DNA of 62,459 nt, taken from positions 1-62,459 of the forward strand of contig JAYQQG010000004.1 in NCBI GenBank assembly GCA_038145765.1, read 5' to 3'. A program made the translations under genes and the position numbers. Under the pieces are notes generated by a model. The model made no database searches. It had not been told where the DNA came from and saw only the letters and a program-made list of their open reading frames with translations. Shown piece by piece: positions 22,273 to 31,604 of the stretch. Position 1 is the first letter of the stretch, and each line of letters begins with the position of its first letter. Source of the DNA: Verrucomicrobiales bacterium. Its GTDB lineage: Bacteria > Verrucomicrobiota > Verrucomicrobiia > Limisphaerales > UBA1100.

Positions 22273-24224
22273 AACGTGCCCTGTTGAGCTTTGCCCTGTT
22301 GCTGGCCGGCACCGCCCTGTCGGCGCCCTCGATCCACGACTACTACAAGGTAGAGACCATTGCCGTGCCCAAGGGGTTGGATGCCCAGATCGGCGGTTTA
22401 ACCTTTTTGCCTGATGGCCGATTGGCCGCGTGCTTCCATCGCGGCGAGGTATATCTGTACCAACCGAAGACCAAGGAATGGACGCTGTTTGCTGACGGCC
22501 TGCACGAACCTCTTGGGATCATGGCCGAGGACAATCAAACGTTGGTCGTCATGCAACGACCGGAACTGACCCGCCTTAAGGACACTGATCAAGATGGCGA
22601 AGCGGATCATTACCAAACGCTCAGCGATCAGTTCGGGATGACCGGCAATTACCACGAGTTTGCCTTTGGCCCGACCCGGGACCAAAAAGGTAATTATTAT
22701 GTTGGCCTCAATCTGGCATCCAGCGGTGCCAGTATCCGGCCGGAGATCCGCGGCGAATTCCGCCATTACGGCATCACACGCGAACAGTTCTACCTCAACC
22801 ACCGGGCCGGCGCGGGCCGCATGTATTCCGCCGCACCATTCCGCGGTTGGATCCTGAAGATTGCGCCGGATGGAAAAACCACCCCGTTTGCGCCCGGCTT
22901 CCGCTCGCCTAACGGTGTCAACTTTGACAATGCCGGGCGCCTATGGGTGACCGACAATCAGGGCGATTGGCTCGGCACCAGTAAACTGTTTCACGTAAAG
23001 GAAGGTAACTTCTATGGCCATCCAGCCAGTCTCGTGTGGACGAGGCAATGGGAAGTGGGCCGCAATCCGCTCAAGGTGTCACCCACTGAGTACGATACTC
23101 AACGCACCCGTGCCGCCGTACTGTTCCCACAAGGCAGCATGGCCAATAGCCCAACCCAAATGCTCTCCGACACCACAGGCGGCAAATTCGGTCCTTTCGC
23201 CGGCCAACTGCTCGTGGGCGAGATGAACCGCTCGCGAATCCTGCGGGTGTTGGTGGATGAAGTCTCCGGCCAAACCCAGGGGGCCTGCCTGCCGTTCATT
23301 GACAACGGCGGTCTCCATCGCGGGATGCATCGTTTTGCCTTTGCTCCTGACGGCAGTCTTTGGGTTGGAGCCACGCACCTTTCGTGGGCCGGGGGCACCG
23401 GTCTACAACGGGTGACATGGACTGGAAAAACCCCGATGGAAATTTCAGGCATGAAACTGACCGAACGCGGTTTTGACCTGACCTTTACCCATCCACTCAG
23501 CCAGGTGGAAGCAGCCCAGTTCGAGTTTCAACGCTACTTTTACAAATACCACCAGAGCTATGGTTCTCCGCAACTGGGTAAGGAACCCATTGCCGTCACC
23601 GCGCTGGAGACCGGTAAGAACGAACGGACGGTTTCTCTGGCGTTGGACAAGCTCAACCCCGGCTATGTGTATCAGCTCAATCTCAAAAACGTGACCGCCA
23701 AAGATCAAACGCCCCTGCTGAACACCTTCATTTGTTACACCCTCAACACCCTGACGAATGGTGACGACAAAGCGCCCCACCTCACGACCTCCGGCTCGAG
23801 CATCCAGCCGATCAAGGCCCAGTCGGTGGAACTAACCAAGTCACCACAAATTCTGGATGCCGTGATCGCCGGCCGGAAAGGCCCCGCTTTTGAGCGGCAC
23901 AATAGCGGATACACCGGCAAAGGTTACGCGGATTTTAATGCGGGTTCCGGAGAATATCTCGAGTGGTTGGTGACCACCAAAGAAGCCGGCAAATGCCATC
24001 TCACCTTCCGATACGCAGTGGCCGGCGGCAATCGTCCGCTGCACTTGAAACTCAATGGTAAACTCATCCAGAAACCCCTGCCCTTCAACGACACCGGCAG
24101 TTGGACCACGTGGAAAGATTTGTCTGTTGAGGCGGCCCTGCGAAAAGGCGAAAACCTAATCCGCCTCGAATCTTATGGTGCCAGCGGTCCCAACGTAGAT
24201 CGCCTGACCCTCGAGCGCCGTTAA
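22269..24224 (+). CDS. Beta-propeller protein of the PVC 'putative membrane-bound dehydrogenase' type with a C-terminal CBM6/CBM35-like carbohydrate-binding module
   Basis: 651 aa with a signal peptide. Blades include GLTFLPDGRLAA, GLHEPLGI, DTDQDGEADHY, HEFAFGP, FRSPNGVNFDNAGRLWVTDNQGDW and GNFYGHP. The C-terminus (GYADFNAGSGEYLEWLV...LTFRYA...GSWTTWKDLSV...GENLIRLES...GPNVDRLTLE) looks CBM6/35-like. No CxxCH is present. Confidence 0.78.
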   Translation: MKRALLSFALLLAGTALSAPSIHDYYKVETIAVPKGLDAQIGGLTFLPDGRLAACFHRGEVYLYQPKTKEWTLFADGLHEPLGIMAEDNQTLVVMQRPELTRLKDTDQDGEADHYQTLSDQFGMTGNYHEFAFGPTRDQKGNYYVGLNLASSGASIRPEIRGEFRHYGITREQFYLNHRAGAGRMYSAAPFRGWILKIAPDGKTTPFAPGFRSPNGVNFDNAGRLWVTDNQGDWLGTSKLFHVKEGNFYGHPASLVWTRQWEVGRNPLKVSPTEYDTQRTRAAVLFPQGSMANSPTQMLSDTTGGKFGPFAGQLLVGEMNRSRILRVLVDEVSGQTQGACLPFIDNGGLHRGMHRFAFAPDGSLWVGATHLSWAGGTGLQRVTWTGKTPMEISGMKLTERGFDLTFTHPLSQVEAAQFEFQRYFYKYHQSYGSPQLGKEPIAVTALETGKNERTVSLALDKLNPGYVYQLNLKNVTAKDQTPLLNTFICYTLNTLTNGDDKAPHLTTSGSSIQPIKAQSVELTKSPQILDAVIAGRKGPAFERHNSGYTGKGYADFNAGSGEYLEWLVTTKEAGKCHLTFRYAVAGGNRPLHLKLNGKLIQKPLPFNDTGSWTTWKDLSVEAALRKGENLIRLESYGASGPNVDRLTLERR

Positions 24225-24226
24225 CC

Positions 24227-25156
24227 ATGCGCCAGACAGTCTCCACCTTTTACCGTTTTGTGGAACTGCCGGACTGCGAATCCTTTCGCGACCGCCTGGA
24301 AAGGCAATGCGCTGCGCACGATGTCCGCGGCATGATCATCCTGGCCACCGAAGGCCTGAACGCCACCATCGCCGGGCCCAAGGCGGGTGTTGATGCCGTG
24401 CTGGCCTTCATCCGGTCAGACAAACGCTTTGCCGGCATGCCCCATCGTGAATGCGAAACCGACCGCGACACCTTTCATCGTTTGCGTTTGGTGATCCGGC
24501 CGGAGATTGTGACGCTCGGGGATCCCAACGTAAATCCCCATGAAGCCGTCGGGGAATACGTGCAGCCCGAAGATTGGAATGACCTGATCCGGGATCCGGA
24601 AGTATTACTCATCGATACGCGCAACGATTACGAAGTGGAACTCGGCAGCTTCAAAGGCGCCCAAAACCCTGAAACCGCTGCATTCAGTGAATGGGACGAA
24701 TACGTGCAAACACAGTTATCGGGGGCCAAACACAAAAAAGTGGCCATGTACTGCACCGGTGGTATTCGCTGCGAAAAAGCCTCCGCACATCTGCTGAAAA
24801 ACGGTTTTGAAAAAGTATATCACCTGCAGGGAGGCATCCTAAATTATCTCCAACAAACGAACCCCGACCACAGTCTCTGGGAGGGCGAATGTTTTGTGTT
24901 CGATCACCGCGTGTCCGTCACGCACGGTTTGGAGGAAGGCGACAGCCGCATCTGCTTTGGCTGCCGTTGGCCTCTCAAGCTCGAAGACATGGCATCACCT
25001 GATTACGAGGAAGGTGTCTGCTGCCCGCGCTGTGCCGCCGATCTCAGCGACACCCTACGCGCCAGCCGCCGCGAGCGACAACGCCAACAAGCCCTTGCCC
25101 GTCAACGCGGCGATAAACACATCGGTCAACAGTTCAATTCCACGAAGGAACACTAG
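24227..25156 (+). CDS. trhO: Rhodanese-domain tRNA uridine(34) hydroxylase (UPF0176/YceA family)
   Basis: 309 aa. The N-terminal YRFVELPD...ATEGLNATIAG is followed by a rhodanese domain with active-site loop MYCTGGIRCEKAS and GGILNYL, then a Cys-rich tail (CFGC...CCPRC). Confidence 0.85.
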   Translation: MRQTVSTFYRFVELPDCESFRDRLERQCAAHDVRGMIILATEGLNATIAGPKAGVDAVLAFIRSDKRFAGMPHRECETDRDTFHRLRLVIRPEIVTLGDPNVNPHEAVGEYVQPEDWNDLIRDPEVLLIDTRNDYEVELGSFKGAQNPETAAFSEWDEYVQTQLSGAKHKKVAMYCTGGIRCEKASAHLLKNGFEKVYHLQGGILNYLQQTNPDHSLWEGECFVFDHRVSVTHGLEEGDSRICFGCRWPLKLEDMASPDYEEGVCCPRCAADLSDTLRASRRERQRQQALARQRGDKHIGQQFNSTKEH

Positions 25157-28100
25157 TCTGGCCTCGGTTGCCCAGGTGACTCACTGGCCGACGGCGAGAA
25201 TGTTTTTCGGTATATCTTTCCGTTTCCGCCACAGGCAAGATCTGACACCAATGTAACGGATGTTCCCGTGATTTGCGTCACTTGAAATACTTCGCCATCG
25301 ATCAACATTCGGCGCCCTTCCCGGAATTGTTTCAACACCACTGCGTTTTGATATGGCGTTTGGTGGATCAGATCCGCCTCAAAACTTCGAACTAACTGGT
25401 GTGGTGCATCGGATTGGAACCGAACACGGTTCGTGTTATAGGCATCCTCACCGGCGTTCCGCGTGATTAAATCCAAGTCATAAGTCATCCCATTGATCCG
25501 CCCGGAAGGGTTCTGGCGGGCTTGCGCAAGCTGCGCCTGCCCTGGTCTGGATGCCGCCTGAAAGATCGCCTTGATTTCCCAATCAGGCTGATAGGCCAGC
25601 CACCTCGCATTCACGCCTGTAAATTGATGCATTGTCAGGACTGCTTGAGGGTTGGGCACAGCGCCCACCCGCCGCGTCAAGCTCTGCTGTGAAGGCATCG
25701 GCACCTGCGGCAGAAAGGTGGCCAATGGAGCCTGAATTTGGGTGATATACGGTTTGACTAGATGCGCGGAATCATCCGCAGCCAACTCGTGCCGGATCGT
25801 GCCGCCGCTTAATACCGTACGACCACTGATTGTTGCATAATTCGTGCGAATGGCTGTGATCTTCAGAGCAGATATACCCAACGGTTCCTGAATGGAATCC
25901 GCCTGCCAACGGGGTTCCGGAACATTGGAAAGATGAATCTCCTTCCAAACACGGGGATTAAATACCAGATGATTCGCATCCGCCAACGCCCATTGAGGTG
26001 GGGTGACCTGTAACAGCGCCTGCAACGGTTCAGGCACAGGCTCATCGACCACGTTATTCGTGCGACGGGTGTAATCCAAATCCAGAGTAACCTCCAATGA
26101 TTCCTCACGCACAAGCGTGCGGACGTTTGACGTCGTCAATGCCAGTTGAGGATTGGCCAACGTTTGCGCATATTCTTGGGGGAGTCCTGCAGGAAAAAAC
26201 ACGGATGCGTTACGGGGCCGAATGGGAGGTTGTGTGTTCGGGGTAATGTGCACATTACGCACACGACAGGCCGAATGCTCCGCAAACCGGGAAACAGCGT
26301 CAGCCACACTCGCACTCAAACCGTGAAACTTGACACGATAAGGGTACGCAATCCCCACTGAATTCGTGGCAAAATCCTGATCATGGAAAATCAGTTCCGG
26401 CTTCAATCCGTTAGTCACGTAGAGGAAGTCATCCGGACACACCTTGCTGCGCTGCAACGATTCGATCGATTGAATCCCACTCCCTCGCAAGACGCGCATC
26501 ATGTGGACGACATCATCTAATTGTGCCTGCAAATGGCTCAATCGATTGGTTGGAACCGAGGCTGATTCCAGAACCGACGCGAATGAAAAGCTAAACCCAT
26601 TTCCTCCGATCTTGGGATAATCTTCAGGAATCCGCACCTGTTGATTGGTTGTTTGGCGGTTCAACTCCACGATGGCCGGAAAGAGGCGGTTAAAAAACCC
26701 AATCCCATCCTGTTGCCCTGGATAAGGCGCCGCCAAGAACTGCCCCATGGGTTTCTGAAAATCACCCAACTCCAATTGAGCAGAGTTCGCTAACAGTGGG
26801 TAAGCCAGTTTCAATTCCATTTCAAAATCAAACCAGGGCTCCTTCAGATCAGGGGTTGGCACCGTGCCGACCAACTTACTGCTTTCCTCATCCGCAACAA
26901 TCAACGGACTCTCGTGAAATTGCTTCAATACAAGCCGGGCGTATTCACGGTTTACCGAAGGTCGCATTCGAGGCTGAATGTTTCGAGCCCGCAACTGCAG
27001 GCGCACCGTATCCAATACTCCGGTCTCGGCCGGCACGGATTGCATTGAGCGCACCCAAAGCGCCGACTGCACATTGGTCACACTCTGTGGTGGAGTCGGG
27101 TATTGCTTTAACATCCCGCTCAGATCATTGGTAAACGGAACCATTTCATCCGGATCCACCAGCACAAAAACCTCAGGTTCCAGACGCGCACAGACCCGTT
27201 GCATCTCCTGAAGCAATTCAACCCAAACCCCACGGCTTTCGACCAGCCGCGTGGCGTTAGTGAGCCACAACCCTTCAAATTCATCCGGAGTTGGCCTGAC
27301 CGGCGGAACCACCGGTTTCGCCGGTCGATCGGGCTCCACAGACTCTTCTCCGCCAAACCCCGCCACCAGCGGGCTCATCCCAGCAAAGATCGGCTTGATC
27401 CCGGCTAATCCTGCTCCCAACCAAATTAATAACGCCAACCCCGCCGCTATCCCGATCCCCATCCAGCCGCTCTTGGGTTGCTCAATTTCTGTTTGAGCCG
27501 ATTCATTTCGCGGAGGCCAAATCTCCTGATCGGATTCTGGTTCCACTTCCCAACCAGATAGAGCCGCGCCAGCTTGGGTGGCATGAGGCGCGCCTGGATC
27601 AGCTTCCCCACCGGATTCAGCGGATTCAATCCAAAGCCGTATGATCTCCATCGACTGCGGACGTTGACCTGGATCCTTTTGCAGACAGGCCATCACAATG
27701 GCCTCAATGTAATCCGGAATATCATTCTGCAGCCCCAATTCCTGCAGTCGTCGCGAAATCGGCACAGGATCGGAATGGCGAATTTGATAGGACAATTCGC
27801 CTTGAAAAAAAGGCGGCTTGCTCGTCAGCAAATCATAAAAGGTCGCCCCCACCGAGTAGATGTCATCCGTCACACTCGGCGGATTGCCATCCATTTGTTG
27901 TGGGCTCATATATTGCGGCGTTCCGGACCCCATCAGGCTCGGAGCTGTTACGCTCAATGCCGAATTTGCCAGCGATGCAGAGATCCCAAAATCCGTCAGC
28001 TTCAGTTTCCCTTCATGATCGATCAGAAAATTTGAGGGTTTAATATCCCGATGCGCAAGGCGCTGGCTATGAGCGTAATTCAGCGCATCACACAACTGCA

Positions 28101-28776
28101 GCATATAGTCGCGCACACGGCTCCAAGGGAGGATAGATTCGGACGTGCTTCGCTTCAATTCATGCAAATCCGTCCCCTCCACATACTCCATGCTAATGAA
28201 CGGCGGCTCGCCTTCCGATTTCCAAAATTCCCCCATGCGAACGATGTGCGGGTGCTGCAAACATTGCGTCTTCTCTACCTCCCGCCTGAGATCGTTCAAT
28301 CCCTCAGCATCAGTTCCCGCGCGTTCATCCGTAAACACCTTGAGCGCGACGTCCACCTGTTGCTCTGTATCATAAGCCAGCCAAACGGCCCCCATCCCCC
28401 CTTTGCCCAATTCCAGACGCAGCACAAAGCGCCCCGCCCCCATCCGTGAACCTTCCACCAAACCACTGAAGCCCAATCGTTCGATGAGCACATGATAATT
28501 ACTCACCCACAGTCTCTGATGCGCCTGCACCACCGCACGACCCTGAATCGGCACGCCGTCGAGCGTCGTCCCCGATGTGCTATCTAAGTCTTCAATTTCA
28601 ATGCTTTCAGAACTCAACGTCAGGCGAGCATGCTGGCGCGAAACGCCATCGCCATCTATTTGAATGGCACAATGAACCCCACGACCGATGAGATGCGCGC
28701 CCTCGGTTAAGTGAAATTCCCCCACAGCCACGCCCTGCGCATCGAACACAGAAACCTTGGTGCTGGCCAGAGACAT
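25153..28776 (-). CDS. FHA domain, Ser/Thr protein kinase, TM segment and a large unassigned extracytoplasmic domain
   Basis: 1207 aa. The FHA domain reads LIGRGVHCAIQIDGDGVSRQHARL...DLDSTSGTTLDG. Kinase motifs are GKGGMGAVW, VALKV, HRDIKPSNFL, DFGIS and GTPQYMSPQQ. A TM segment lies at ~437-460 (WMGIGIAAGLALLIWLGAGLAGI). About 730 aa follow with no motif I recognise. Confidence 0.9.
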   Translation of the reverse strand: MSLASTKVSVFDAQGVAVGEFHLTEGAHLIGRGVHCAIQIDGDGVSRQHARLTLSSESIEIEDLDSTSGTTLDGVPIQGRAVVQAHQRLWVSNYHVLIERLGFSGLVEGSRMGAGRFVLRLELGKGGMGAVWLAYDTEQQVDVALKVFTDERAGTDAEGLNDLRREVEKTQCLQHPHIVRMGEFWKSEGEPPFISMEYVEGTDLHELKRSTSESILPWSRVRDYMLQLCDALNYAHSQRLAHRDIKPSNFLIDHEGKLKLTDFGISASLANSALSVTAPSLMGSGTPQYMSPQQMDGNPPSVTDDIYSVGATFYDLLTSKPPFFQGELSYQIRHSDPVPISRRLQELGLQNDIPDYIEAIVMACLQKDPGQRPQSMEIIRLWIESAESGGEADPGAPHATQAGAALSGWEVEPESDQEIWPPRNESAQTEIEQPKSGWMGIGIAAGLALLIWLGAGLAGIKPIFAGMSPLVAGFGGEESVEPDRPAKPVVPPVRPTPDEFEGLWLTNATRLVESRGVWVELLQEMQRVCARLEPEVFVLVDPDEMVPFTNDLSGMLKQYPTPPQSVTNVQSALWVRSMQSVPAETGVLDTVRLQLRARNIQPRMRPSVNREYARLVLKQFHESPLIVADEESSKLVGTVPTPDLKEPWFDFEMELKLAYPLLANSAQLELGDFQKPMGQFLAAPYPGQQDGIGFFNRLFPAIVELNRQTTNQQVRIPEDYPKIGGNGFSFSFASVLESASVPTNRLSHLQAQLDDVVHMMRVLRGSGIQSIESLQRSKVCPDDFLYVTNGLKPELIFHDQDFATNSVGIAYPYRVKFHGLSASVADAVSRFAEHSACRVRNVHITPNTQPPIRPRNASVFFPAGLPQEYAQTLANPQLALTTSNVRTLVREESLEVTLDLDYTRRTNNVVDEPVPEPLQALLQVTPPQWALADANHLVFNPRVWKEIHLSNVPEPRWQADSIQEPLGISALKITAIRTNYATISGRTVLSGGTIRHELAADDSAHLVKPYITQIQAPLATFLPQVPMPSQQSLTRRVGAVPNPQAVLTMHQFTGVNARWLAYQPDWEIKAIFQAASRPGQAQLAQARQNPSGRINGMTYDLDLITRNAGEDAYNTNRVRFQSDAPHQLVRSFEADLIHQTPYQNAVVLKQFREGRRMLIDGEVFQVTQITGTSVTLVSDLACGGNGKIYRKTFSPSASESPGQPRPD

Positions 28777-28850
28777 GAACGTGTTTTGTGCCGCACCTCC
28801 AGCCCAGAAGCAATCTAATTAGTTTAGTGAGGCAACCCGTGCACTGTGCC

Positions 28851-29276
28851 TCAGGAAACCGTCTCCGCCCCTGCGATTCGTGGGGTTTTGTAGGCGGTTT
28901 TGATCAGCTTTTTCAGTGTGGGCAAATGCGCGTCTTTCAAGCGCTTGAGATAAAGACAGGATTTGCCCGTCTTGTACGGCCCGAGTTTCTCCAGCAATTC
29001 TGTTTGTTCATCCAGAATGCAGTGCAGATAGAGCGAGAGATTTTGTTTCCGTGGCGAAAAACCAACGGGAAACCAGTCGCCCTCGGAGGTCTTCCCACGA
29101 TACCGAAAAGTTCCAAACCCCACCATGGCCTTGCCCCACATCACAGGAGACTCTCCCGTGATTTTTTGCATCAAGACGATCAAGGTTTCACAATCCTCAC
29201 GCTGCTGCTCATCCTTGATGCCAGCGATAAACTGACTGACATCCGCTGAGTTTTTTTGAGTCTTCAGTTCAGCCAT
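28851..29276 (-). CDS. DUF1801 (YdhG-like) domain protein
   Basis: 141 aa. The pattern VSQFIAGIKDEQQREDCETLIVLMQKITGESPVMWG...VGFG...GFSPRKQNLSLYL...KSCLYLKRL is typical of DUF1801. It starts 1 nt after the upstream stop. Confidence 0.8.
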   Translation of the reverse strand: MAELKTQKNSADVSQFIAGIKDEQQREDCETLIVLMQKITGESPVMWGKAMVGFGTFRYRGKTSEGDWFPVGFSPRKQNLSLYLHCILDEQTELLEKLGPYKTGKSCLYLKRLKDAHLPTLKKLIKTAYKTPRIAGAETVS

Positions 29277-29277
29277 A

Positions 29278-31557
29278 TTACTTCAGTACGTTGATCGTGC
29301 AGTTGATCTCCGAACGCACGCTGGCGCCCTTGGCGCCTTTCAGGTTGTAGCGGATGCGGAGAGTCATGCACTTCTGTAGATCGGGCATCGTCAGCGTGAT
29401 CGTTTTACCATCGGCACTGAGGGTGGCCTGGGTGACTTCCAGTTGATCCCGGCCCTGCTGGTTGGGATTGCTCACCTTGTAATCGCGGGAACCGTACCCG
29501 CGCGTGCGGCGGTAGTTGCACATCTCGGCGGCATAACTGCCAGGGTTGGTGGCAGCGGATTTGTCGAGCGGTTCGCTGAAGGTGAGTTGCACGCCTTTCT
29601 TGCTGGCGGAATATTTCACCGGCACATGCAGGGGCTTGCCGGTGTGGCGGAACCGGTAAAAGCCGCCGTGGCGCGATTTGTTGCCCGCCCAGCCGAAGAG
29701 GCCGCAGGCATAAAGTTGGCCGTCGATCGGATGAAAGCGGCCGCGCATGACGCCGGTGGGGGTTTCGCCGAGGGGGATGCGGCTCACACCGCCTTGCGGC
29801 ACGCCGTCGACTTTCTCAAAAGGCACCGTGAACAGGCGGCCGGTGCCGTAGCTGAGGTTGATGAGCGTGCCCTTGAGCGGACCCCATTTATCGCTGGTGA
29901 CCCACAGCTGCTCGGCCGGTGAACGGTCCACGCTGTTGTGAATCCACACCACGGGCGGATCGTAATCCTCCGGATCACGGCCGGGCACGTACGAGCCCAT
30001 GTAGCCGTAGAAGCCATCCTGCTTGATGAGGTTGATGCGGTTCTTTGGAGTCCAGTGGCCTTCCTGGTCGCTGGCGAAAAAGGTTCCGTCGCCATTCACC
30101 GTCACGCCATTGGGCGCGCGGAAGCCGTTGGCAATGCGCCAGCTCTTGGAGCCGTCTTTGCTCACCTTGATGATCGAGCCGTGATGCGGCACCAGCCCGT
30201 CTTTCGCGTGGCGCGCGGCCTTGGCGAAATAGAAATTGCCCTCGGCATCCGTTTGCAAGTCCATTGCAAACTCATGGAAATGCTCGGTTACCTGATGGTC
30301 GTTGTTGAAATTCTCGTAGAAATCAATCTCACCATCGTCGTTGGCATCGTGCAGTCGCGTGATTTGATCGCGGCAGCAGACATAGATAGTTAAGTTGACA
30401 ATCTTAAACCCAACCGTCTGAAAAATGCCGGTTGCAATCCGGCGCCAGGTGAGCTTGCCCTTGGGCAGGTCCAGGCCCTCAACGATCCACACATCACCCT
30501 GCCAGGTGCACACGGCGGCGCGGCGGTTATCCTTGAAGAAATCAAACCCGCCCAGACGCATCCAGGATTTCCACGGATTTTCGTCCGGCAACTGAAAGGT
30601 ATCCGTGGCGTACGGCCCCAGATCGAGCCCGGCCTGAATTTGCGTCTCCACCGTCTGCGTCCACTGCGCCTTGCCGCCCTGCGTGAGCTTCATGAGATTG
30701 GGCGCTTCGTCCTCGGACTGCACGGTCGCCGCGGCCTTGGCAAAATCCTTCACGGCATTGGCCGGCCCGCTCCAGATGAGAACGCGCAACCGATGCGCCT
30801 TGGTGGCGGCCGGAATCCGCAGGCGCAGATTTTTACCGTCCGCCAAATCCCACAGGCCGGTTTCGCCCAGCACGGCGGCGGCGATCACCGTATCGTTCGG
30901 CTTGGCGCCCGCCACCTGCACGATGTTGCGGCTTCCGTTGAGCGGCTGGGCGTCATTGCCCTGCGCCACTTGCATCACAATCTCGCTGGTGCCCGGGGCG
31001 ATGTGGAGATTGCGGATGAACACCTTGTCGCCATGCAGCGACGGCATCTCGAACACGCCGCGGGCGCCGACCGTGTAGGACAGCACCACCTTGTTGCCGT
31101 GCACATACAGCCCCTTGTAATGCGCCCAATCGCGCGGCAACGGCCCATAAGGTTTCTTGTCGAGTCCGCGCACGCGCACGGTGTCCTCCCACTTGCCCTG
31201 CGGACTGCGCCAGCCGGGGTTCACCGGATTGGCAAACGCCTGCGTGCCGCGAATGGAGGCATGCGCGTTGTGGCGGCCGTCAAAGGAGATGCCCCGCCAG
31301 TCGATGAAATTGTCCGTCCAACCGGCTGCGCAGTTGAGCAGATCGGTGTCGTACAACATGAATGCCTTGCCCTTGGACACCCCCCCCTGACCTCCATCGG
31401 CGACATCCAGCCGGATGGCGATACCCTTGTTGACAATCCCAGCGCCCGGCACCTCAAGGGAATGCGTGAGGTACGGGCCGTAATTCATCTCATCCCATTT
31501 GCCGGCAAACAATGGCGCGGCCATGAGAACGGAAAGAAGGAGCGCAATGCGTTTCAT
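29278..31557 (-). CDS. Beta-propeller protein of the PVC 'putative membrane-bound dehydrogenase' type, lacking a heme-binding domain
   Basis: 759 aa with a signal peptide. Blades include DANDDGEIDFYE, HEFAMDLQTDAEGNFYF, GFRAPNGVTVNGDGTFFASDQEGHW and DGFYGY, which parallel 22269..24224. No CxxCH motif is seen. The N-terminal ~330 aa are unassigned (possibly DUF6797-like). Confidence 0.75.
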   Translation of the reverse strand: MKRIALLLSVLMAAPLFAGKWDEMNYGPYLTHSLEVPGAGIVNKGIAIRLDVADGGQGGVSKGKAFMLYDTDLLNCAAGWTDNFIDWRGISFDGRHNAHASIRGTQAFANPVNPGWRSPQGKWEDTVRVRGLDKKPYGPLPRDWAHYKGLYVHGNKVVLSYTVGARGVFEMPSLHGDKVFIRNLHIAPGTSEIVMQVAQGNDAQPLNGSRNIVQVAGAKPNDTVIAAAVLGETGLWDLADGKNLRLRIPAATKAHRLRVLIWSGPANAVKDFAKAAATVQSEDEAPNLMKLTQGGKAQWTQTVETQIQAGLDLGPYATDTFQLPDENPWKSWMRLGGFDFFKDNRRAAVCTWQGDVWIVEGLDLPKGKLTWRRIATGIFQTVGFKIVNLTIYVCCRDQITRLHDANDDGEIDFYENFNNDHQVTEHFHEFAMDLQTDAEGNFYFAKAARHAKDGLVPHHGSIIKVSKDGSKSWRIANGFRAPNGVTVNGDGTFFASDQEGHWTPKNRINLIKQDGFYGYMGSYVPGRDPEDYDPPVVWIHNSVDRSPAEQLWVTSDKWGPLKGTLINLSYGTGRLFTVPFEKVDGVPQGGVSRIPLGETPTGVMRGRFHPIDGQLYACGLFGWAGNKSRHGGFYRFRHTGKPLHVPVKYSASKKGVQLTFSEPLDKSAATNPGSYAAEMCNYRRTRGYGSRDYKVSNPNQQGRDQLEVTQATLSADGKTITLTMPDLQKCMTLRIRYNLKGAKGASVRSEINCTINVLK

Positions 31558-31604
31558 AAATGATCGGCCGCGATTGTACGGCGTGCGCTCGTGGGGGCAA
31601 GCGA

